Positions 11,931 through 25,015 of a stretch of 64,000 bases of DNA are shown here, in pieces. The position numbers and the translations under genes are program-made. Source of the DNA: Balanoglossus misakiensis (lineage: Eukaryota; Animalia; Hemichordata); the NCBI GenBank assembly GCA_040954595.2, contig CM082590.2, positions 3,782,001 through 3,846,000 of the forward strand. Reading direction: 5' to 3'. The notes beneath the pieces were generated by a model. That model did no database searches, was not told the origin of the DNA, and was given only the letters and a program-made list of their open reading frames with translations. Positions within the stretch are counted from its first letter, which is position 1; each line of letters begins with the position of its first letter.

Positions 11931-12000
11931 ATTCATTCATTCATTCATTCATTCATTCATTCATTCATTCATTCATTCATTCATTCATTCATTCATTCAT
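11931..12000 (+). repeat. (ATTC)n microsatellite tail of the LINE
   Basis: About 17 perfect ATTC units directly after GAAATAA. Confidence 0.97.
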
Positions 12001-12256
12001 TTCCCATGCTCCATAAAAGTGTTGTGTATGTCTTACAATGATCTTTCCATACGCTGCCTTGTATAGCTGCTGTTAATAATTCAAGTTAATGTGGAGACGT
12101 ATTAGGCAACATCAACGTCCCATACATAACACAGTTTGTAGGTATGAATACATCCAAAATACCCAACTTTAATTTTCCTTAAAGAATTGGTCAGCTCTGC
12201 AAATATATTTCACCTGACCACTTCCTTAGCTAAGTAAGAGTGTTGTTTATGTAATA

Positions 12257-12892
12257 TTATCATACATGCAACGCCTGTATTTAACACTTTCTATTGTTCT
12301 CGCCCCGAAGATATTTTACGGTATTTCTCAATGTGAAAATATCGCGTCCGCGTCTCGGCGCGACAGTTTGCTGCGCGCGCGAACGACACACGGGGCATAG
12401 TGGAGAGGGGTGTTGTAAAATTCGGTTATTAGAAGCTGTAATAAAGTTTTCAAAGCTGGCGGTTTTGTCATGTTGAATGCATCATTTTTAGTTCTTCGAA
12501 ATTCTCAATGCAAAATAATTGTTAACATGATATTTTGAAAGAGAACGTAGACAATTTTATTTAGAATGCGGATGTGCCCATCGTAATGAAAGCTGCCAAC
12601 CCCCTTAAAATGATACTGCGGCCCACACGTCATACGTCACAACATGGCTACTGCCGTGATCCCAGCGCCCGGTTCAAATTTGAAATTGTTTTTCTTGGCG
12701 CATTTCTGCAAATCGTACTGTTTTATAGGTAGGCATGTATGATAAAGAGGTTATTACACGAATTTTGGTCGATAACGCGACGCATTCTCGTGATGTCTGT
12801 ATTTTGACTCGTTGCAGAGCGCAACTCATCAAAATACGGACATCACTCGAATACGACGCGTTATCGACCAAAATTCGTGTAATAACCCCTAA
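12257..12892 (-). mobile_element. Second hairpin-terminated, Crypton-like non-autonomous element
   Basis: 139 bp hairpin at 12749-12887 (GGTTATTACACGAATTTTGGTCGATAACGCG / CGCGTTATCGACCAAAATTCGTGTAATAACC). Inverted pair TTATCATACATGC (12257-12269) / GCATGTATGATAA (12733-12745). The empty site TTTATGTAATA|ATATTAATATAATATTTATAAC at ~7345-7377 defines the ends, with no clear TSD. Confidence 0.8.
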
Positions 12893-13187
12893 ATATTAAT
12901 ATAATATTTATAACTTATGTAGCACATTAAATCTCAACATGCTTTAAAGTTGTCCCATGGTCATTTGACCTAGGTCGTTGGACCTAAATATTCCATTCAA
13001 CTCCCTGGGGAGCAAACAACATCTCACCATCATTAAAAATGTCAAATTACAGTGCTTTTGGCCACATATCAACCTGGGGATTTACAGTTAACTTTAAATA
13101 CACGCGCATATGCATTTAATCCTCATGTGACTATGATACAGTTTGTAAATGTGAATACGTCCATATTACACAACTTGAATTTTACTT

Positions 13188-16100
13188 TATAATCAACTTG
13201 AAATCCCCATATGAATTTTATACCTATGTCAAAGCGAAGTGCTTGCATCAATATCTACCGTGATGCATCATCAAGCTTGCTTTGCCATTTGCCCTAATGC
13301 AAAGAATCAGATTCAATGTCACTGTTGCATTAGCAATGTCAAATTATAGTGCGTTTGGCCGTATACTAACCTGGGGATTTACAATCAACTTTAAATCCCC
13401 ATATGCATTATATTCTAATGTCAATGTGAAGGGCTTGAAACACCATCTATCCTGATGCATCATCAAGCTTGCTTCACCATTTTCCCTGATGCAAAGAATC
13501 AGACTTAGTGTCACGGTAGCATTAGCAAATCCCCATATGCATTTAACACCCATGTCAAAGTGAAGTGTTTGCATCACTATCTACCGTGATGCATCATCAA
13601 GCTTGCATCGCCATTCACCCTTATGCAAAAAATCAGATTCAATGTCACCGTTGCATGAGCAATGTCAAATTACAGTGCTTATGGCCACGTATTAACCTGA
13701 GGATTTACAGTCAACATTAAATACCCATGCATATGCATTAAAAACCTATGTCAAAATGCAGAGCTTGCATCACCATATACTCCGATGCATCATTAAGCTT
13801 GCTTAGCCATTTCCCCTAATGCAAAGAATTACATTCAATGTCACCATTTCATTAGCAATGTCATATTACATTGCTTTTGGACGCGTATTAACCCAGGGAT
13901 TTGTAATCAACTTGAAATCCCCATATGCATTTAATACCCATGTCAAAGTGAACTGTTTGCATCACTATCTACTGTGATGCATCATCAAGCCTGTATCGCC
14001 ATTTACCCTGATGCATAGGATCACATTCAATGTCACCGTTGCATTCGCAATGTCAAATAAAAGTGCTTTTGGCCATGTATTAACCTAGGGATTTTAATAC
14101 AATCAATTTTAAATCCCCATGTGCGTTATATTCCAATGTCAATGTGAAGGGCTTGAAACACCATCTATCCTGATGCATCATCAAGCTTGCTTCACAATTT
14201 ACCCTGATGCAAAGAATCACATTCAGCGTCACCATTTCATTAGCAATGTCAAATTACAGTGCTTATGGCCACGTATTAACCTGGGAATTTACAGACAACT
14301 TTAAATACCCATGCATATACATTAAATACCTATGTCAAAGTGCAGAGCTTCCATCACCATCTACTCTGATGCATCATTAGGTTTGAATCGCCATTTCCCC
14401 TAATGCGAAGAGTCAGATTCAATGTCACCCTTGCATTAGCAATTTTAAATTACAGTCGACATTAAATACCCATGCATATGCATTAAATATCTATGTCGAA
14501 GTGCAGAGCTTGCATCACCATCTACTCTGATGCACCATTATGCTTGCTACGCCATTTCCCCTAATGCAAAGAATCACATTCAATGTCACCATTGCATTAG
14601 CAATTTTAAATTACAGTGCTTTTGGACATATATTAACCTGGGGATTTACAGTCGACATTAAATACCCATGCATATGCATTAAATATCTATGTCGAAGTGC
14701 AGAGCTTGCATCACCATCTACTCTGATGCACCATTAGGCTTGCTACGCCATTCCCCCTAATGCAAAGAATGACATTCAATGTCACCATTGCATTAGCAAT
14801 TTTAAATAACAGTGCTTTTGGCCATGTATTAACCTAGGGATTTTCAATCAACTTTAAATCCCCATATGCGTTATATTCCATTGTCAATGTGAAGGGCTTG
14901 AAACACCATCTGTCCTGATGCATCATCAAGTTTGTTTTGACAACTTTAAATCCCCCTCAGCATGCATTTAATCCCCATGTCAAAGTGCAGAGCTTGCATC
15001 ACCATCTATCCTGATGCATCATCAAGCTGCTTCGCCATTTGCCCTGATGCAAAGAATCAGATATAGTGTCACCATTGCATTAGCAATGTCAAATTACAGT
15101 GCTTTTGGACACGTATTAACACAGGGATTTATAATCTACTTGAAATCCCTATATGCTTTTTATACCCATGTCTAAGTGAAGTGTTTGCATCACTATCTAC
15201 TGTGATGCATCATCAAGCATGTATCGCCATTTACGCTGATGCAAAGAATCAGATTCAATGTCACCATTGCATTAGCAATGTCAAATTACAGTGCTTTTGG
15301 CCATGTATAAACATCGGGATTTATAATCAACTTGAAATCCCCATATGCTTTTTATACCCATGTCAAAGCGAAGTGTTTGCATCACTATCTACAGTAATGC
15401 ATCGTCAAGCATGCTTCGCCATTTGCCCTAATGCAAAGATTCAGATTAAATGTCACTGTTGCATTCGCAATGTCAAATTACTGTGCTTTTGGCCACGTAT
15501 TAACCTGGCGATTTACAGTCAACTTTAAATCCCCATATGCATTATATTCCAATGTCAATGTGAAGGGCTTGAAATACCATCTACCCTGATGCATCATCAA
15601 GTTTGTTTCGCCATTAACCCTGATGCAAATAATCAGTGTCACCATAACATTAGCAATGGCAAATAAAAGTGCTTTCGGCCACATATTAACCCAGGGATTT
15701 ATAATCAACTTGAAATCCCCATATGAATTTTATACCTATGTCAAAGCGAAGTGCTTGCATCAATATCTACCGTGATGCATCATCAAGCTTGCTTCGCCAT
15801 TTGCCCTAATGCAAAGAATCAGATTCAATGTCACTGTAGCATTAGCAATGTCAAATTACAGTGCGTTTGGCCGTATACTAACCTGGGGATTTACAATCAA
15901 CTTTAAATCCCCATATGCATTATATTCCAATGTCAATGTGAAGGGCTTGAAACACCATCTATCCTGATGCATCATCAGGCTTGCTTCACCATTTTCCCTG
16001 ATGCAAAGAATCAGATTTAGTATCACGGTAGCATTAGCAATGTCAAATTACAGTGCCTATGGCCACGTATTAACCTCGGGATGTACGGACAACTTTAAAT

Positions 16101-19100
16101 ACCCATGCATATACATTTAATACTTATGTCAAAATGCATAAGTTGCATCACCATATACTCCAATGCATCATTAAGCTTGCTTCGCCATTTGCCCTGATGC
16201 AAAGAATCAGATTAAATGTCACCGTTGTATTATCAATGTCAAATTACGGTGCTTTTGGACTTGTATTAACCCAGGGATTTTCAGTCAACTTTTAATCCCC
16301 CTGTATACATTTTAAACCCCGGTGTCAAAGTTTAGTGATTGCATCACCATTGACCCCGGTGCATCATCAAGCATTCTTCAGAATTTGCCCTGATGCAAAA
16401 ATCAGATTTAGTATAACGGTAGCATTAGCAATGTCAAATTACAGTGCCTATGGCCACGTATTAACCTCGGGATGTACGGACAACTTTAAATACCCATGCA
16501 CATGCATTAAATACCTATGTCAAAATGCATAGCTTGCATCACCATCTACTCCAATGCATCATTAAGCTTGCTTAGCCATTTCCCCTAATGCAAAGAATTA
16601 CATTCAATGTCACCATTTCATTAGCAATGTCAAATTACAGTGCTTTTGGATGCGTATTAACCCAAGGATTTGTAATCAACTTGAAATCCCCATATGCATT
16701 TAATACCCATGTCAAAGTGAACTGTTTGCATCACTATCTACCGTGATGCATCATCAAGCCTGCATCGCTATTTACCCTTATGCATAGAATCAGATTCAAT
16801 GTCACCGTTGCATTAGCAATGTCAAATAAAAGTGCTTTTGGTCATTACTAACCTAGGGATTTACAATCAACTTTAAATCCCCATATGCATTATATTCAAA
16901 AGTCAATGTGAAGGGCTTGAAACACCATCTATCCTGATGCATCATCACATTTGCTTCACCATTTATCCATATTCAATGTCACCCTTGCATTAGTAATTTT
17001 AAATTACAGTGCTTTTGGCCATGTATTAACCTCGGGATTTAGAGTCAACTTTAAATATCAATGCGCATGCATTAAATACCCATGTCAAAGTGAAGTGTTT
17101 GCATCACTATCTACTGAGATGCATCATCAAGCTTGCATCGCCATTTACCCTGATGCAAAGAATCAGATTCAATATCATCGTTGCATTAGCAATGTCAAAT
17201 TACAGTGCTTATGGCCACGTATTAACCTGAGGATTTACAGTCAACATCAAATACCCATGCATATGCATTAAATTACCTATGTCAAAGTGCAGAGCTTGCA
17301 TCACCATCTACTCTGGTGCACCATTAGGCTTGCTACGCCATTTCCCCTAATGCAAAGAATCACATTCAATGTCACCATTGCATTAGCAATTTTAAATTAC
17401 AGTGCTTTTGGCCATGTATTAACCTGGGGATTTACAATCAACTTTAAATCCCCATATGCGTTATATTCCAATGTCAATGTGAAGGGCTTGAAACACCATC
17501 TATCATGATACATCATCAAGCTTGCTTCACAATTTACCCTGATGCAAAGAATCAGATTTAGTATCACGGTAGCATTAGCAACGTCAAATTACAGTGATTA
17601 TGGCCACGTATTAACCTGGGGATTTACAGACAACTTTAAATACCCATGCATATACATTTAATACCTATGTCAAAATGCAGAGCTTGCATCACCATATACT
17701 CCGATGCATCATTAAGCTTGCTTCACCATTTGCCCTGATGCAAAGAATCAGATTAAATGTCACCGTTGTATTATTAATGTCAAATTACGGTGCTTTTGGA
17801 CTTGTATTAACCCAGGGATTTTCAGTCAACTTTTAATCCCCCTGTATACATTTTAAACCCCGGTGTCAAAGTTTAGTGATTGCATCACCATTGACCCCGG
17901 TGCATCATCAAGCATTCTTCAGAATTTGCCCTGATGCAAAGAATTAGATTCAATGTCACCCTTGCATTAGCAATTTTAAATTACAGTGCTTTTGGACATG
18001 TATTAACCTAGGGATTTACAGTCAACATTAAATACCCATGCACATGCATTAAATACCTATGTCACAATGCATAGCTTGCATCACCATCTGCTCCAATGCA
18101 TCATTAAGCTTGCTTAGCCATTTCCCCTAATGCAAAGAATTACATTCAATGTCACCATTTCATTAGTAATGTCAAATTACAGTGCTTTTGGATGCGTATT
18201 AACCCAACGATTTGTAATCAACTTGAAATCCCCATATGCATTTAATACCCATGTCAAAGTGAAGTGTTTGCATCACTATCTACCGTGATGCATCATCAAG
18301 CCTGCATCGCCATTTACCCTTATGCTTAGAATCAGATTCAATGTCACCGTTGCATTAGCAATGTCAAATAAAAGTGCTTTTGGCCATTATTAACCTAGGG
18401 ATTTACAATCAACTTTAAATCCCCATATGCATTATATTCAAAAGTCAATGTGAAGGGCTTGGAACACCATCTATCCTGATGCATCATCACATTTGCTTCA
18501 CCATTTATCCATATTCAATGTCACCCTTGCATTAGTAATTTTAAATTACAGTGCTTTTGGCCATGTATTAACCTCGGGGTTTAGAGTCAACTTTAAATAT
18601 CAATGCGCATGCATTAAATACCCATGTCAAAGTTAAGTGTTTGCATCACTATCTACTGAGATGCATCATCAAGCTTGCATCGCCATTTACCCTGATGCAA
18701 AGAATCAGATTCAATATCATCGTTGCATTAGCAATGTCAAATTACAGTGCTTATGGCCACGTATTAACCTGAGGATTTACAGTCAACATCAAATACCCAT
18801 GCATATGCATTAAATACCTATGTCAAAGTGCAGAGCTTGCATCACCATCTACTCTGATGCACCATTAGGCTTGCTACGCCATTTCCCCTAATGCAAAGAA
18901 TCACATTCAATGTCACCATTGCAATAGCAATTTTAAATTACAGTGTTTTTGGCCATGTATTAACCTATGGATTTGCAATTAACTTTAAATCCCCATATGC
19001 GTTATATTCCAATGTCAAGTGAAGGGCTTGAAACACCATCTATCCTGATGCATCATCAACCTTGCTTCACAATTTACCCTGATGCAAAAAATCACATTCA

Positions 19101-22100
19101 GCGTCACCATTTCATTAGCAATGTCAAATTACAGTGCTTATGGCCACGTATTAACCTGGGAATTTACAGACAAATTTAAATACCCATGCATATACATTAA
19201 ATACCTATTTCAAAGTGCAGAGCTTGCATCACCATCTACTCTGATGCATCATTAGGTTTTCATCGCCATTCCCCCTAATGCAAAGAATCAGATTCAATGT
19301 CACCCTTGCATTAGCAATTTTAAATTACAGTGCTTTTGGACATATATTAACCTGAGGATTTATAGTCAACATTAAATACCCATGCATATACATTTAATAC
19401 CTATGTCAAAGTGCAGAGCTTGCAGCACCATCTACTCTGATGCACCATTATGCTTGCTACGCCATTTCCCCTAATGCAAAGAATGACATTCAATTTCACT
19501 ATTGCATTAGCAATTTTAAATTACAGTGCTTTTGGCCATGTATTAACCTAGGGATTTTCAATCAACTTTAAATCCCCATATGCGTTATATTCCATTGTCA
19601 ATGTGAAGGGCTTGAAACACCATCTGTCCTGATGCATCATCAAGCTTGCTTCACAATTTACCCCGATGGAAAGAATCAGATTTAATGTCACGGTAGCATT
19701 AGCAATGTCAAACTACAGTGCTTATGGCCACGTATCAACCTGGGGATTTACAATCAACTTTAAATACCCATGCATATATATTTAATACCTATGTCAAAAT
19801 GCAGAGCTTGCATCACCATATACTCCGATGCATCATTAAGCTTGCTTCGCCATTTGCCCTGATGCAAAGAATCAGATTCAATATCACCCTTGCATTAGCA
19901 ATTTTAAATTACAGTGCTTTTGGACATGTATTAACCTAGGGATTTACAGTCAACATTAAATACCCATGCACATGCATTAAATACCTATGTCAAAATGCAT
20001 AGCTTGCATCGCCATCTACTCCAATGCATCATTAAGCTTGCTTAGCCATTTCCCCTAATGCAAAGAATTACATCCAATGTCACCATTTCATTAGCAATGT
20101 CAAATTACAGTGCTTTTGGATGCGTATTAACCCATGGATTTGTAATCAACTTGAAATCCCCATATGCATTTAATACCCATGTCAAAGTGAACTGTTTGCA
20201 TCACTATCTACCGTGATGCATCATCAAGCCTGCATCGCCATTTACCCTTATGCATAGAATCAGATTCAATGTCACCGTTGCATTAGCAATGTCAAATAAA
20301 AGTGCTTTTGGCCATTATTAACATAGGGATTTACAATCAACTTTAAATCCCCATATGCATTATATTCAAAAGTCAATGTGAAGGGCTTGGAACACCATCT
20401 ATCCTGATGCATCATCACGTTTGCTTCACCATTTATCCATATTCAATGTCACCCTTGCATTAGTAATTTTAAATTACAGTGCTTTTGGCCATGTATTAAC
20501 CTCGGGATTTAGAGTCAACTTTAAATATCAATGCGCATGCATTAAATACCCATGTCAAAGTGAAGTGTTTGCATCACTATCTACCGAGATGCATCATCAA
20601 GCTTGCATCGCCATTTACCCTGATGCAAAGAGTCAGATTCAATATCATCGTTGCATAAGCAATGTCAAATTACAGTGCTTATGGCCATGTATTAACCTGA
20701 GGATTTACAGTCAACATCAAACACCCATGCATATGCATTAAATACCTATGTCAAAGTGCAGAGCTTGCATCACTATCTACTCTGATGCATCATTAGGCTT
20801 GCTACGCCATTTACCCTGATGCAAAGAATCAGATTTAATGTCACGGTAGCATTAGCAATGTCAAATTACAGTGCTTTTGGCCACGTATTAACCTAGGGAT
20901 TTACAGTCAACATTAAATACCCATATGCGTTATATTCCAATGTCAATGTGAAGGGCTTGAAACACCATCTATCCTGATGCATCATCAAGCTTGCTTCACA
21001 ATTTACCCTGATGCAAAGAATCACATTCAGCGTCACCATTTCATTAGCAATGTCAAATTACAGTGCTTATGGCCACGTATTACCTGGGAATTTACAGACA
21101 ACTTTAAATACCCATGCATATACATTTAATACCTATGTCAAAGTGCAGAGCTTGCATCACCATCTACTCTGATGCATCATTAGGCTTGCTGCGCCATTCC
21201 CCCTAATGCAAAGAATCAGATTCAATGTCACCCTTGCATTAGCAATTTTAAATTACAGTGGTTTTGGACATGTATTAACCTGGGGATTTACAGTCAACGT
21301 TAAATACCCATGCATAGGCATTAAATACCTATGTCAAAATGCATAGCTTGCATCACCATCTACTCCAATGCACCATTAAGCTTGCTTAGCCATTTCCCCT
21401 AATGCAAAGAATTACATTCAATGTCACCATTTCATTAGCAATGTCAAATTACATTGCTTTTGGACGCGTATTAACCCAGGGATTTGTAATCAACCTGAAA
21501 TCCCCATATGCATTTAATACCCATGTCAAAGTGAAGTGTTTGCATCACTATCTACCATGATGCATCATCAAGCCTGCATCGCCATTTACCCTTATGCATA
21601 GAATCGGATTAAATGTCCTCGTTGCATTAGCAATGTCAAATAAAAGTGCTTTTGGCCATGTATTAACCTAGGGATTTACAATCAACTTTAAATCCCCATA
21701 TGCATTATATTCAAAAGTCAATGTGAAGGGCTTGAAACACCATCTATCCTGATGCATCATCACATTTGCTTCACCATTTACCCATATTCAATGTCACCCT
21801 TGCATTATTAATTTTAAATTACAGTGCTTTTGGCCATGTATTAACCTCGCGATTTAGAGTCAACTTTAAATATCAATGCGCATGCATTAAATACCCATGT
21901 CAAAGTGAACTGTTTGCATCACTATCTACCGGGATGCATCATCAAGCTTGCATCGCCATTTACCCTGATGCAAAGAATCAGATTCAATATCATCGTTGCA
22001 TCAGCAATGTCAAATTACATTGCTTATGGCAACGTATTAACTTGAGGATTTACAGTCAACATTAAATACCCATGCATATGCATTAAATACCTATGTCAAA

Positions 22101-22787
22101 GTGCAGAGCTTGCATCACCATCTATCATGATGCACCATTAGGCTTGCTACACCATTTCCCCTAATGCAAAGAATTACATCCAATGTCACCATTTCATTAG
22201 CAATTTTAAATTACTCTGTTTTGGCCATGTCTTAACCTGGGGATTTACAGTCAACATTAAATATCCATATGCGTTATACTCCAATGTCAATGTGAAGGGC
22301 TTGAAACACCATCTATCCTGATGCATCATTAAGCTTGCTTCACAATTTACCCTGATGCAAAGAATCAGATTTAATGTTACGGTAGCATTAGCAATGTCAA
22401 ATTACAATGCTTTTGGACACGTATTAACCTGGGGATTTACAGTCAACATTAAATATCAGATTTAGTGTCACGGTAGAATTAGCAATGTCAAATTACAGTG
22501 CTTTTGGCCACGTATTAACCTGGGGATTTACAGTCAACATTAAATACTCATGCACATGCATTAAATACCTATGTCAAAGTGAAGTGTTTGCATCACTATC
22601 TACCGGGCTGCATCATCAAGCTTGCATCACCATTTACCCTGATGCAAAGAATCAGATTCAATGTCATCGTTGCATTAGCAATGTCAAATTACAGTGCTTT
22701 TGGCCACGTATTAACTATGGGATTTTCAGTCAACTTTTAGTATCCCTGAATGCATTTTAAACCCCGGTGTCAAGTTTAGTGATTACT
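13188..22787 (+). repeat. Satellite array, ~192-196 bp monomer, ~50 copies, with irregular higher-order repeats
   Basis: AATGTCAAATTACAGTGCTTTTGGCCA.GTATTAACCT.GGGATTTACA.TCAAC recurs at 13661, 13857, 14049, 14245 and onward. A diagnostic deleted monomer recurs at ~16945, 18485, 20415 and 21760. Confidence 0.97.
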
Positions 22788-23090
22788 TCTTTGCTATTTA
22801 AACATTACATTTTGAGTAAAGTGGGTGAAATGGGATTAAAGTTTATAGTGACATATCGAAAAGAATCTAATTCAATTCGTTCATTTCTGAAATATGATAA
22901 TACAAATATGCGTGTTTTATTCACCATATATGAACACCAATGAAAAGTTATGTTTCCAGCTTAGGTATCGGTGGATTTGAACCACCTGACATCAGAAGAC
23001 GCCTCCAGAATACCTTTAATTTGGTTGCATAATTTTCATGTGAATGTTCATAATATAGCGAGTGATTAATCCCTAATTTATTGTTTTTTT

Positions 23091-23119
23091 GGGGGGTGGG
23101 GGGGGTGGGGGGGGGGGAG
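23091..23119 (+). other. Poly-G tract, potential G-quadruplex
   Basis: GGGGGGTGGGGGGGGTGGGGGGGGGGGAG, preceded by a T run. Confidence 0.6.
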
Positions 23120-23505
23120 TTCAAGTAGCATATCTTGCAGGCCAGTTTGAAGCAATGTGTCATGTGGTTAAACTGAAAGAAATTAACCAATATAGTTTCA
23201 GCTCTTTTTGAAACAAGGTGTCATTTGGTTGAACAATGGGCCAGTCAAAATAGCATCTGCTAATTATGCACACAATAGTGTGATGGGTTAGTGGGTTAAG
23301 TTTACTTTTACCTTAGCATTATATAACACACTATCGTGTACATAATCTCGCAGAGCTCATTCACAATTGTTTTAAAATAAAGCAAGATAACGCTACATGT
23401 ATGATAACATATTTAATTTACGCGCCTAAAGGGCAGTTAAAAAACCTCATACCAATTACAAAAGAGGGAAAAAAACTGTCCTCTCCTCCTCTCATCCCAT
23501 GATCT

Positions 23506-24320
23506 AAGCTAAATTTGGAATTTGGATGGGGTGGGGAGGTTAAGCTAACCTTACATTGTGCTAACATTTTCTGTATGTCTGTCGCGTACAATGTGTCGAA
23601 GCGCGAATACAATCACGGGTACCGTTGCGAGAAATTCCAGCGAATAACGATGCTGACGAGTATTATCTATCTGAGAAATAATAGCATGTTATTCATAAAA
23701 TATTCACATTAACCAATGAATGAACCAACATGATTATTAGACCCTGGACACTTATTTAACGATTTATCATTATTATACCTTTATCATCACCATCAATATT
23801 AAACACCCTTTTATACTTAATATCACCATAAGCCATCACCACAATTATTAATCGTTATTATACCCTTGCACAATTGTTACCCTTATTAAACCTGACACAG
23901 TTATTACCATTATTATACCCCTCTCATTCATATACCCATTATAACCTGTGTACACAAGCCATCATCATATTATGAACCCGTTATTATACCTTTTTATACC
24001 AGTCACATTTGTTACCCTATTACCGTTATTATACCCTTCTCATTCATATACCCATTATAACCTGTGTACACAAGCCATCATCATATTATGAACCCGTTAT
24101 TATACATTTTTTATACCAGTCACATTTGTTATCCTATTATCATTCCCTTCATACAAGCAACCACTGTTACCCCTTTATAACCTGTGTACACTCCAATTTT
24201 ACCATAAAACCATCATCACATTTTTAACCCTTTTATTAAACCAAATTCAAATTTGTTCACCGTTATTATACCATACACATTTCAGAACCTATTATCATAC
24301 CCTGTACAAAGCCATTGCTG
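23506..24320 (+). repeat. Dispersed repeat, copy 2, with an internal 116 bp tandem duplication (~23911-24140)
   Basis: Colinear with 6101-6740. CTCATTCATATACCCATTATAACCTGTGTACACAAGCC occurs at 23923 and 24039. Confidence 0.9.
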
Positions 24321-24460
24321 TTAACATAATTTTAAAACAAGTAATCACTACCAATTATTAACCCGATTTATTGGACTATTAAGTTTTATATTACGATCAC
24401 CTCGTTTTGTATGTCTATATTACTCTAACTAATAATTTCGGTCAATAGGATATTATGTTG

Positions 24461-25015
24461 AAACTCCACTTCTCCATTCTTCCACTTCTCCATCCTTTAG
24501 GTTGACGCTCCATCCATCCATCCATCAAAGTTTATATTAGTAGGTTGACTATGGTTGACACTCCGCTCCATCCATCCATCAAATTTTACGTTAGTAGGTT
24601 GATTATGGTGTTACCAGTGAGCCCTACAGGAAAAAAAGAGGAAAAAACAGAGAAAAAAACTCCACTTCTCCATCCTTCCTCTTCTCCATCCTTCCTCTTC
24701 TCCATCATTTAAGTTGACCTTCCGGGCACCATACATCCATCAAAGTTTATATTTAAGTAGGTTGACTATGGTTGACGCTCCGTTCCTTCCATCCATCAAA
24801 GTTTATATTAGTAGGTTGACTATGGTTGACGCTCCGTTCCTTCCATCCATCAAAGTTTATATTAGTAGGTTGACTATGGTTGACGTTCCGCTCCATCCAT
24901 CCATCAAAGTTTATATTAGTAGGTTGACTATGGTTGACACTCCGCTCTCTCCATCCATCAAATTTTACGTTAGTAGGTTGATTATGGTGTTACCATTGGG
25001 GCCTACAGGGAAAAA
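24461..25015 (+). repeat. Duplicated block containing a 54 bp minisatellite (2 units in the first block, 5 in the second)
   Basis: Unit CATCCATCAAAGTTTATATTAGTAGGTTGACTATGGTTGACGCTCCGTTCCTTC. Both blocks start AAACTCCACTTCTCCAT and end ATTATGGTGTTACCA.TG.GCC.TACAGG(A)n. Confidence 0.92.

Larger units (their letters stand above)
9126..12000 (+). mobile_element. 5'-truncated non-LTR retrotransposon, CR1/L2 group (L2/Crack/Daphne-like), interrupted by a 1490 bp insertion
   Basis: RT motifs SYLHNRHQVV, GIPQGSILGPLLFLIYIND, LFADDT, KLTINASKT and YLGVIID. C-terminus ends ...WNSIP...FKKELKKHLL. The 3'UTR has a stem-loop at ~11811-11855 and an AATAA(ATTC)n tail. Confidence 0.95.

Noticed and set aside
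13344-22760. His/Cys-rich ORFs in the 192 bp array (possible zinc-finger repeats)
   Set aside because: There is no C2H2 spacing, stops are frequent, and monomer length alternates 192/196, shifting the frame.
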